Source of the DNA: a virus
Virus record (IMG/VR): IMGVR_UViG_3300045988_182590
Strand: one strand, 5' to 3'
Length of the DNA: 42,595 nt
In this document: one piece after another, positions 32,843-40,997 of the stretch
How the letters are laid out: every line of letters starts with the position of its first letter
Position numbering within the stretch: position 1 is the stretch's first letter
The notes under the pieces: model-generated
Database searches by the model: none
What the model was told of the DNA's origin: nothing
Seen by the model: the letters and a program-made list of their open reading frames with translations, nothing else
Program-made: the position numbers and the translations under genes

Positions 32843-34738
32843 TTAAGTCAATTTATTTTTAGCGCGGCGGTACTTTGCAACGCCAGATTTTGACAAACGC
32901 TTCTTTTGGTCATCCCACTCGTCTTTGTCTACCCAAAACTTCACGCCGTCCTCTTTGTTTTTAAGACGGACTTCATCCGTTCCGCGTTCGACAACGATAA
33001 AATCGTGGTCATCTTCTTTTTCGGACGCGTTTTCGGAACTCGTCAAACGGTCTTTCTTTTCTTTGGATTCGCTACCGCCGACTTCGCCCTTGCGTCCTTT
33101 GTGATTGAAGTCGCCGCTTCCCTCGCCGCCGTCTTCACAAGCGGAATCGGACGCTTTGACTTTGATTTTTTCTTTTTGTTGCAAAGTCGGGGAAATGGCG
33201 GGATTCCGCATACGGAAATTTTGTCCGTCCTTTTGAACGGTGCGGTCGCCGTTCGTTTCTTGCTCTTGAACTTCCGACGTGTCAATATCATCGGAAATGT
33301 TGTTCAATCCAAGATGCTCGTCCTGCCGAATCACATCGCGCATTTCATCGGTAGAAATAGCCCCCGAAGCCTGCAACGTCGCCAAAGTGTTGGCGCGAAT
33401 AGCGGACACTTCGGCAATTTCCTTGCTGGTCGGGCTGTCAATCGGGTTAAAGACAACGTTAAATTTATACGTTTTTCCGAAATCTGACTTCAAAGAAAGC
33501 AAACAATGCCGCTCGATTAACGGCGTAGCCTGTAATTCCTGTATGCCCTGCAAGGTCTGCACATAATCTTTATAAGAAAACTCGCCGCTTGCGTTCATAC
33601 CTTTCGGGGCTGTCCCCATAAGTTTTTCATACGTCATTTGCGCGGTAGAAGCGACAAGTTGATACTGCCCCGCCATAACTTCGGGCAAGTCCGTCAGCGA
33701 CGTGTCAATCTGTTTCACGTCGTCGTCAGGGTTTTTAAAGAACATCCCCTTGTTGTCGCGCAACTCCGCCACCTTGTCCAACATCACTTGCATTTCGGCT
33801 TCGTTTTCAATGTAGGATGCCAAATCGCCGTCAACAATCAGCATACGCTTGCTTTTCGCCAACATCGTCGCTTCATCCGCCAACGCTTCCGCCGAAAACA
33901 CACGGCGATAAATCATTTGCGTCAAAGGAACGCCGCCAAAATAAAAAGACGGCTTCAAAATATCGGGAACAGGCGCGTATACGCATTTAATAACGTGCGA
34001 CGCGTGAATACGCTGTCCATTCATAAGTTGATAAAACGTCGGTTCGTAAAAGCTCTTGTCATCGGGTTTTGAAACAGACGACAAATTAAATTCGGGTACA
34101 AGCCAAATCGGGTCGATAATACGAATCCCCTTATAAGCCCCCGATTTCACACCGTCAATGTTAAACGGCGCGGAATAATCGATTCCGTCGACAATCGGCA
34201 AAGCGTAGGCGACACCGAAAGTTCGGTTGTTTACAAGATATTTGAGCGTCTGCGGGATAATATTGTATTTTTTGTCCGCCAAATAACGCAGTTCTTTGAG
34301 TTCTTCGCCTTTTTCCTGCGTTTCTTTGTCAGAATCCTGTTCAAGAACGATACGGAAATCAGGTGTAAGCGCATCTTCGGGCGGCAAACAGCAAGCTTTT
34401 GAAATCAACCAGTTCGTCATAAGCATAGCGCACGCCTGATAACCGATAAAAACGCCCCTTTGCATATATTCATACAACGTAGCGTCCAGTTCCATATTCG
34501 GAGCGTAATAATCTTGGAATTTCTGACAAACGGAAGCGTCCATTGCAACGATTTTTCCGTCTTTTGTCCGCTTTTGGAAGTTTTCTACTGTTTTTGAAAA
34601 CATTTTCCCCCACGCCGCCGTTTTATCCTGCGCCGTCAAAGAAGACTTCACATTTTGCAAAGCCTGTTGAAGTTTCTGTTTTTTCTTTTTTGACATTTTA
34701 AACCCGCCTGTTGCCCAAAATATGGGCGATTTTATCAT
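32843..34738 (-). CDS. Portal protein with a charged C-terminal extension
   Basis: 631 aa; ATGA overlap with the TerL stop. Confidence 0.75.
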   Translation of the reverse strand: MIKSPIFWATGGFKMSKKKKQKLQQALQNVKSSLTAQDKTAAWGKMFSKTVENFQKRTKDGKIVAMDASVCQKFQDYYAPNMELDATLYEYMQRGVFIGYQACAMLMTNWLISKACCLPPEDALTPDFRIVLEQDSDKETQEKGEELKELRYLADKKYNIIPQTLKYLVNNRTFGVAYALPIVDGIDYSAPFNIDGVKSGAYKGIRIIDPIWLVPEFNLSSVSKPDDKSFYEPTFYQLMNGQRIHASHVIKCVYAPVPDILKPSFYFGGVPLTQMIYRRVFSAEALADEATMLAKSKRMLIVDGDLASYIENEAEMQVMLDKVAELRDNKGMFFKNPDDDVKQIDTSLTDLPEVMAGQYQLVASTAQMTYEKLMGTAPKGMNASGEFSYKDYVQTLQGIQELQATPLIERHCLLSLKSDFGKTYKFNVVFNPIDSPTSKEIAEVSAIRANTLATLQASGAISTDEMRDVIRQDEHLGLNNISDDIDTSEVQEQETNGDRTVQKDGQNFRMRNPAISPTLQQKEKIKVKASDSACEDGGEGSGDFNHKGRKGEVGGSESKEKKDRLTSSENASEKEDDHDFIVVERGTDEVRLKNKEDGVKFWVDKDEWDDQKKRLSKSGVAKYRRAKNKLT

Positions 34739-36060
34739 TTTTGAAACGAAAAAGCCATAGGAAAGATTTGATTTTCCAAAGTATACCGCAAACAGTCTGA
34801 AACGTCATCATTCAGCTTTGGAAGCTGGTCGGTGAAACGCCCCTCTTTGTCGCGGACAAATTCGTATTGCGAAAGTTGCTGATACGCTTTCGGACAACGC
34901 GCGGGGTCGACAACCAGTTTAGTGCGCCCCGCAATCCATTTAATCCCGTATTTTTCGCTGTTCTTTCTTTTGCGCGCGCCGCGGATATTAAATCCTTTCC
35001 CGCGCCATTCCAAAATCGACTTCTTTTCCGCGCTGTCGGCAATGATTCCGATTTTGCGGTCGCCTTTGTTGTGTTCACGGACAAGGCGCATCGCGTCTTT
35101 GTTTAAAAGCTCCGTTTCAACGATTTCATCATAAACGTAAATCGTATCCAACACCTTGTCATAGCACACTTTCAACCAAACGAACGGATGCCCGAAGCCC
35201 CAGTCAATACCCGTTAAAACATTCGGGAACTTTCGGATTTGGTCGTCATCAATCGTTTCAGCGGACAAGTTTTTAAAAATCGCGCCGCTTGTCCCGACAA
35301 CCTCGCCCAGATATTCGTGCCGATACGCGCGCGGGTCTTTTATTTTTAAAGCTTCCGCTTCCTCCAACGCGTCCGCGCCAATCCACGCGATACGTTTCTT
35401 TTCGGGGATGTCCAAATACGTCGAATGAAGAACTTTCCGCGTCTTGTCATTTTTTGCCGCTTCTTCATTCACCCAAGATGCCATTGTCAACGGCGGGTTA
35501 TAGGTACAGAAACAAACATTCTTTAAATGAAAGCCTTTTTCCTCTAAACCGTCCCCGCCGCGGAAAAACGACTGGTTGGCTTTTCGGATTTCGGGCATCC
35601 CGTTAAATTCTTCAAGTTCTTCGTACCAAACATATACGAAACGACCGATTGAAGCCTTGATTGACTTTGTTTTTGTCGCATCATCCAAGCCGCGAAAATA
35701 AATTTTCTGTCCCGTCGGGCGGTAAATGTAGGTCAACGGAGCAAGCGTGCTTTCCCACAATTCCTCAACGCCGAGTTTTCGGATGCCCCATTCAATTTGA
35801 GCAAACGTAGATTCGCGCGACGTATTCCCGAACTTTCGCAAAACGACGGCGTTTGACAAAGAAGACTCTGAAATAATCCCCTGCTCTACCCACGAAGCGT
35901 CACGCATCATCAAAAACGGGATAATCAGTCCCATAAAAGACGACTTCAAAGAAAAACGCCCGCCCTTTAACCACAGATGCCTGTATTCAAAGTCCCCGCG
36001 CACCAACGAGTCATAAACATCATTGAACGCGGGGGAAATCATTTCGCGCGGGTCAATCAT
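34735..36060 (-). CDS. terL: Terminase large subunit
   Basis: Walker A-like LKGGRFSLKSS; size; position. Confidence 0.85.
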   Translation of the reverse strand: MIDPREMISPAFNDVYDSLVRGDFEYRHLWLKGGRFSLKSSFMGLIIPFLMMRDASWVEQGIISESSLSNAVVLRKFGNTSRESTFAQIEWGIRKLGVEELWESTLAPLTYIYRPTGQKIYFRGLDDATKTKSIKASIGRFVYVWYEELEEFNGMPEIRKANQSFFRGGDGLEEKGFHLKNVCFCTYNPPLTMASWVNEEAAKNDKTRKVLHSTYLDIPEKKRIAWIGADALEEAEALKIKDPRAYRHEYLGEVVGTSGAIFKNLSAETIDDDQIRKFPNVLTGIDWGFGHPFVWLKVCYDKVLDTIYVYDEIVETELLNKDAMRLVREHNKGDRKIGIIADSAEKKSILEWRGKGFNIRGARKRKNSEKYGIKWIAGRTKLVVDPARCPKAYQQLSQYEFVRDKEGRFTDQLPKLNDDVSDCLRYTLENQIFPMAFSFQK

Positions 36061-36707
36061 TTTTTAACTTCCTTATACTCGGCTTCAATCAAACTCCGAC
36101 GACGCTTCCATTCCAAAAACTCGGCATATTCAGGGTCGTCTTCTTTCTTAATCGGCGGCGGCGCAAAAGTCGGCATATCAAAACTTGCGGACACTTTTTT
36201 ATCAATCGGCTTTTCGCCCATTGTATCCCGCAACGCCACAAAAGCAGAAACGTCGCCCATATCCAGCACCTTATTCACCAACGCCATGACCATTTCTTCA
36301 AGAACGCTATTCCCTTTAATGTCCTCTGCCAAGACAATCGCCTTAACAGCCGCTTCAAACACACGCTTCGTTTTACAGGTGCCCGCGCGAGTAATAGCGG
36401 CTTTTTCATAATCTTCTTTTGTAATCATAGCACGCAACCGCGCCATTTTTTCATTTATAGCCGACTGTTCTTCGGGCGAACGCACAATCTCTTTCTTTTG
36501 CCGCTTTGCATTTTCACGGAAAAGCTTTTTTACTTCCTTGGCAACCATTCTTTTCGTGCGCTTCCTTGTCCGCTTCCTTTTTTCATACGAACGCGCCCGC
36601 ATTTCCGCGCGGCACTCGTCAGAGCATAACTGCTGTTTAGGCTCGCCACGAAAACGCCGCCCGCAGCATTTACAAACCTTGGGAACGAGTCCGTCCGATA
36701 CCGTCAT
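36057..36707 (-). CDS. terS: Terminase small subunit candidate with an N-terminal zinc ribbon
   Basis: Overlaps the TerL start. CKCCGRRFRGEPKQQLCSDECR. ATG 36707 makes an ATGA overlap with the upstream stop; the ORF is open to 36755. Confidence 0.5.
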   Translation of the reverse strand: MTVSDGLVPKVCKCCGRRFRGEPKQQLCSDECRAEMRARSYEKRKRTRKRTKRMVAKEVKKLFRENAKRQKKEIVRSPEEQSAINEKMARLRAMITKEDYEKAAITRAGTCKTKRVFEAAVKAIVLAEDIKGNSVLEEMVMALVNKVLDMGDVSAFVALRDTMGEKPIDKKVSASFDMPTFAPPPIKKEDDPEYAEFLEWKRRRSLIEAEYKEVKK

Positions 36708-37132
36708 TCCGAAACTCCCATTTGCGCTAAAATCAATCCGCGATATTTGCGGCAATGCGCCGATATGTCATCAAGCACCTTTTCTTCACCGACACGGATA
36801 TTCCCGTCGGACAGTTTATTCAGAATCACGTCCATCAAATCAACGATTGACCGCATTGAAACATCAACGGTGATAAACTCCGACGCTTCGTCAATAACTT
36901 CAATCGCCGTCGGAACGCGCGCGCCCTGCCCCATAAACACAGTTTCCGAAATCTCGTCCCGAAAATCGGACAAACCCGAAAACACTTCATCCATTAACTT
37001 ATGGACTCCGAAAAAATCCGCCCCTCTGTACGAGTAGTGAACTTCTTTCGCCATAAGCTCCAACGCCAATAATTGACCCAATAATTCTTTCATTGCGACA
37101 CCTCTCAAGATAATTTCAGATAATTTTAGCAC
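36704..37132 (-). CDS. Dps/ferritin-like four-helix-bundle protein (ATG 37094 is the likely start)
   Basis: LLALELMAKEVHYSYRGADFFGVHKLMDEVF..DFRDEISE parallels Dps ..HWN.RG.NF..VHE.LD....D..AER, including the His/His/Asp/Glu ferroxidase positions. Confidence 0.6.
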   Translation of the reverse strand: MLKLSEIILRGVAMKELLGQLLALELMAKEVHYSYRGADFFGVHKLMDEVFSGLSDFRDEISETVFMGQGARVPTAIEVIDEASEFITVDVSMRSIVDLMDVILNKLSDGNIRVGEEKVLDDISAHCRKYRGLILAQMGVSE

Positions 37133-37151
37133 AATAACACCACAATAACTA

Positions 37152-37182
37152 TAAAAAAAGAGCGGGCTTTTTACACCCGCTC
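37152..37182 (-). terminator. Strong rho-independent terminator just upstream of the first late gene
   Basis: Minus strand gagcggg-tgtaaaaag-cccgctc followed by ttttttt. Confidence 0.8.
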
Positions 37183-37243
37183 ACAGACAGCCGTGGAACT
37201 GCCTAACGTCAACAAAAAAGGAGTTTTTCTGCTTAACGTCCCC

Positions 37244-37271
37244 ATTCTATCAAAACACCGCCAAAAATCAA
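37244..37271 (-). promoter_or_regulatory. Candidate late promoter TTGATT-16-TAGAAT
   Basis: Minus strand ttgatttttggcggtgttttgatagaat, about 55 nt upstream of the terminator hairpin. Confidence 0.5.
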
Positions 37272-37282
37272 TACAAAAGATA

Positions 37283-37305
37283 AAGGGGCTTCTCGCGCGC
37301 CCCTT
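37283..37305 (-). terminator. Stem-loop upstream of the late promoter
   Basis: aaggggc/gcccctt stem with a 9-nt loop; T-rich tail on the minus strand. Confidence 0.45.
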
Positions 37306-37563
37306 ACCAACTTTATATCTCTGCAAACATTTCCGTGAATCCGTTAAAGCGCGCTTTGAAAGCCTTTAACTTCACTCCCCTACTTCTACCAAACACCGCC
37401 CTGCCCTGCAAGCTCTTTTTTCTCCCTAACAACAAAAAAACAATCCGCCCCTTTCCCCAAAACATCAAAAAATTAAGCTTTTCCGCCACTTTTAACCCCT
37501 TCCACTACCCTAAAAAGGATTGATAGACAAAAACTCCGTGAAAAAATAGACGAAAAATAAACC

Positions 37564-37579
37564 GCAGAAATCCGCCATT
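37564..37579 (+). repeat. 16-nt direct repeat gcagaaatccgccatt (copy 1), containing the recurring AATCCGCC motif
   Basis: Identical to 38314..38329. Confidence 0.9.
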
Positions 37580-38313
37580 CCCGACAAACATAAACCGTAT
37601 CACCCCCGTGATTTTTGATACCCACTCCCCTTTTCAGCTTGTCTAAAATCACCCGTTTGGACAAAATATAAGGGCTAAAGGAACATATTTTTGGGGATGG
37701 ACTACTTTTTCCGCCCGTTTTCTGACACCCACTCCCCCACATCAAAAAAGGATTGACTCTTTGCTTAAATCATTGAAAACACTACACTTTCTTTGAAAAG
37801 CGGCGTTTCACACCCGCCTAATTGTCGCATAACATATATTATGTGATTTGAAAACTCAATAAAATCAATGACTTATTCTGTTTTGACAAAAAAACTATTG
37901 AAAATCTCGGCTTTTTGATTTTTCTCAAAAGCTGCCAAAAACCTAAGCAATCCGCCATTTTTAGCGTTTTTCAAAACAAAAACTTTTTTGATTTTTTTAA
38001 ACAGGAAAAACAAAAATTAACCTTTTCGCCCTTTAAAGAAAAAAAGACTGGATGCTGTACAGTCCCGCCGTCGCTGGTGTCCCCTGCTCTCTTGCTTTAC
38101 TCCCCCGCTTGTCCGCTGTGTTCTTAGTGTTTTGTTGTTTTTGCGCTTGCGGGCGTTTTTTGTGGGGCGGGCTAAAAAGGCGGTGTTTTTGGTGGAAACG
38201 AATCGACGCGCGTGCCGCTGTACTACTTCCCCCGATTCGCCCATATATACGCCGTCGCTTTCTTCTTTTTGTCGTTGTCGTTTTAAAAAAAATGCGCCTA
38301 TCCTTAAAAAACG

Positions 38314-38329
38314 GCAGAAATCCGCCATT
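38314..38329 (+). repeat. 16-nt direct repeat gcagaaatccgccatt (copy 2)
   Basis: Identical to 37564..37579. Confidence 0.9.
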
Positions 38330-38369
38330 TTTTGATTGTAAAAAGGGTGTGAATTTTATACTTTTTTCG

Positions 38370-38398
38370 TTGACAGATGTTTCATTTTTTCGTACAAT
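38370..38398 (+). promoter_or_regulatory. Near-consensus sigma70 promoter TTGACA-17-TACAAT
   Basis: ttgacagatgtttcattttttcgtacaat, 67 nt upstream of ATG 38465; the leader has two short hairpins. Confidence 0.8.
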
Positions 38399-38464
38399 GA
38401 CAATATCAAGAGGGGTAAAGAACCCCACCACCGAATCGGTGGAAACAAAAAAGGAGTTAAAAAA

Positions 38465-38674
38465 ATGAAAAAATACACTATTGCATACAACGCCCGCTGT
38501 GAATCTGGCTGGTCTGACCGTCGGGGGAATCTGTACGGGGATGTCGTCGAAACATTTGACGACAAAGAAACGGCGGAGCGTATTGCCGCTGATTTAAACA
38601 AATCGGTCGGCTATGAAAACTGTTTTGGCGATTATTTGACGTTTTTCGTCGAAGAAATGGAAATCGAAGAATAA
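38465..38674 (+). CDS. Hypothetical protein
   Basis: aaggagttaaaaaaATG; 69 aa. Confidence 0.6.
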   Translation: MKKYTIAYNARCESGWSDRRGNLYGDVVETFDDKETAERIAADLNKSVGYENCFGDYLTFFVEEMEIEE

Positions 38675-38684
38675 GGGGGGACGG

Positions 38685-38945
38685 ATGCAAGAAAAAACGT
38701 TAAACACAAAAATATACGATTTGCCAACAACGGGAAACTCTTGCTGTTTAATTCGCCAGCTCGCGGGAGTGAGCGGTCAAAAATACCGCGACGCGCACCG
38801 TTGCCGCGCAAATGCGGCGGAGGGCGATAACGTCGATTTAAAAACAGCGAATCGACACGTCAATGAGCAACGCGCGGCAGTTGAATCTTTCCGCGCGAAA
38901 TTCGGGGAAATGACCGTCGGCGAATTTTTGGAAAAAAACTGTTAA
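38685..38945 (+). CDS. Hypothetical protein
   Basis: 86-aa ORF. Confidence 0.5.
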   Translation: MQEKTLNTKIYDLPTTGNSCCLIRQLAGVSGQKYRDAHRCRANAAEGDNVDLKTANRHVNEQRAAVESFRAKFGEMTVGEFLEKNC

Positions 38946-39099
38946 GCTTGATTTTGCCAGAGCGGCGGCGGTGTCGCCTGTTTGGAAAAATGGGCAAAGA
39001 GCAACGACTCTGCCGAAGAAATCCGCCTGTTTAATCGTCTTGGGCGTTTGGAAATGTTGGAATCGGCGTTAAAACGCCGTCAGTTGGAAGGATAAAACA

Positions 39100-39453
39100 A
39101 TGACAACTTTATTCAATGGATGGACAGCCGAAAAAATAGGTAGCGAAACCGTTTTAAGAATGGAAAACGGGGAAATCGTCTATACTTTACAATTCAAAAA
39201 CCGCTGGCATTGGCGGACTCCCGATTTAAACGGATACCGCATTGTTTGTAATCGTTCAAAATGGGAAAACAAAGGGGACGTGAGAGTTTGCCACGGTTTA
39301 GGTAAATTTATAACTGTCATTGAAGATGCGGGAAATCGCCGTACTGTTTCAAAATTGGCGGCATTAACAAAAGAATTGACCGCCGAGTTTTTGGAAAAGA
39401 ACTTTGAAAACGTCGCTGTGTACACGGCGGGCGGTTCGGTTTTGCCCGATTAA
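39100..39453 (+). CDS. Hypothetical protein
   Basis: ggaaggataaaacaATG; 117 aa. Confidence 0.55.
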   Translation: MTTLFNGWTAEKIGSETVLRMENGEIVYTLQFKNRWHWRTPDLNGYRIVCNRSKWENKGDVRVCHGLGKFITVIEDAGNRRTVSKLAALTKELTAEFLEKNFENVAVYTAGGSVLPD

Positions 39454-39534
39454 GAAAACGGGTTAATTTGCCAAAGTGGCGACAACGCGCCGCCACTTGA
39501 ACAAGTTAATTTTTGAAAGAAAGGAAGCAAATCA

Positions 39535-40644
39535 ATGGAAAAAAGTAAACAAATTGTTATAAAAAACAATAACGCCGCTATTTTGCCCGCGCCGTTATCA
39601 AGCGGGTTTATTCCCGCCGTCGCCGTTAAACTCGGATATGACGAAACAGAACTGACAAAACGCGCCGTTGAATTTTACAATTTTTGCCGTGTAAAAGATT
39701 TGTCGGCAAAAACGGGAAGCAAGCTTATGGACTGCACGCCCGAATCGACGCAAAAGGCGTTTTTGCAGGTCGCCGCTTGGAATATCCCGCTTGATTCTCG
39801 TGATTTTTGTTATTTTTACAACAACAACGGGAATATGACGGCGGAACCGTCGTACAAGGGCTTGCTGTACGTCGCGAGTCAAAACGGATTGGAAGTGGAC
39901 GCGGGACTTGTTTTTGACGGAGATTCGTTTGAAATGACCGAATCCGCCGCGGGCGACTCGTTCGTTTTGAAACGTGGGAATCCGTTCGGGCGTAAGAAAA
40001 TCGTCGGCTTTTACGCTTTCGTCAAATGCGCCCGCTATTCCCCGAAAATTTACACATTTTCGTTTGAGGAGTTGGAAGCGGCAAAACAGGCAAGCGTTCG
40101 GAAAATGGGCGGAAAAGAATCGCCCGCTTGGAAATACTTTCCAAACGATATGTTTTTAAAAGTTGGGTTGAAAAAAGCCCTCAAAATTTCAATGGCAAAA
40201 ATCGAAATCCGTTCTGAAATTCGGGCGATGTTTGACGATGAAGTCCCCGAAGCCGAGGACACCGTTCAAGTGCAAAGTGAAAAAACCGCTTTATTTGCGT
40301 CTACAACGCCAGTTGAAGCATTAACCGCTACACCCGTACCCGAAACGCCGTCAATCGAAACAGACGGGCAGGAAAATGGGCAAAGCGTCGATGTTTCAGA
40401 TGAAGAAATGGAAATGTCGGAAGAAAATGCAGAACCGCCCGCCGTCATTTTGGAATTGTCCGCTTTTATGGACAAGCTGGAAGCGTATGCAGATGAGTCG
40501 TTGTCTTTGGACGATGCCGATACTCTGAAAAAGATGAAGTACGTTAATGACCTGCGCGACCGCTTGGAAACTGCGGGCTATGCGGACGCGTCAAAAAATG
40601 TTTCCGCCGCTTTTAGCAAAAAACTGCGGAAAGGGGTGAAATAA
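39535..40644 (+). CDS. recT: RecT-family single-strand annealing protein with an acidic C-terminal tail
   Basis: AEPSYKGLLYVASQNGLEVDAGLVFDGDSFE...GFYAFVK...WKYFPNDMFLKVGLKKALK. Confidence 0.75.
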   Translation: MEKSKQIVIKNNNAAILPAPLSSGFIPAVAVKLGYDETELTKRAVEFYNFCRVKDLSAKTGSKLMDCTPESTQKAFLQVAAWNIPLDSRDFCYFYNNNGNMTAEPSYKGLLYVASQNGLEVDAGLVFDGDSFEMTESAAGDSFVLKRGNPFGRKKIVGFYAFVKCARYSPKIYTFSFEELEAAKQASVRKMGGKESPAWKYFPNDMFLKVGLKKALKISMAKIEIRSEIRAMFDDEVPEAEDTVQVQSEKTALFASTTPVEALTATPVPETPSIETDGQENGQSVDVSDEEMEMSEENAEPPAVILELSAFMDKLEAYADESLSLDDADTLKKMKYVNDLRDRLETAGYADASKNVSAAFSKKLRKGVK

Positions 40645-40997
40645 TGGAAAAGAAAAAAGCCCCCGCCGTCAATATCGACAAGGTGCGCGTGCCGAAAGAA
40701 CAGGATGCCCGCGTCAAATTGACCGATGAAGAACGTGAGAACATCAAAACGATGTGGTGCAACGGCGCGTCGATTAAAGGATTGGCTAAGCTGTTCAATG
40801 TTTCCCGCCGCACAATCCAGTTTATTCTCTTCCCGTCGCGGAAAGAAAAAATGTTGGAAGCGCGAAAGGCGCGTTTTTGGAAAAATCATTGGTATAAACG
40901 CCGCAAGCACAATATCGCGATGCGCCGTTGTCGAAACAGAAAAAGAACGATGCTTGAACACGGTGTAATTTCAGAGGAAGAACAAAAAAATGCGTGA
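40644..40997 (+). CDS. HTH DNA-binding protein
   Basis: ASIKGLAKLFNVSRRTIQFIL helix-turn-helix; basic C-terminus. Confidence 0.5.
   Translation: MEKKKAPAVNIDKVRVPKEQDARVKLTDEERENIKTMWCNGASIKGLAKLFNVSRRTIQFILFPSRKEKMLEARKARFWKNHWYKRRKHNIAMRRCRNRKRTMLEHGVISEEEQKNA

Noticed and set aside
37335-38468. Several overlapping track ORFs (60-138 aa) on both strands in the 37.3-38.5 kb region
   Set aside because: They are low-complexity, mutually overlapping, and lack ribosome-binding sites or recognisable motifs. The region is better explained as non-coding repeats and regulatory DNA.
38946-39095. Read-through or small ORF after the TAA-GCT-TGA tandem stops (..EKWAKSNDSAEEIRLFNRLGRLEMLESALKRRQLEG)
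   Set aside because: There is no ATG, only a weak TTG at 38982, and no motif. It could be real but cannot be supported from sequence alone.
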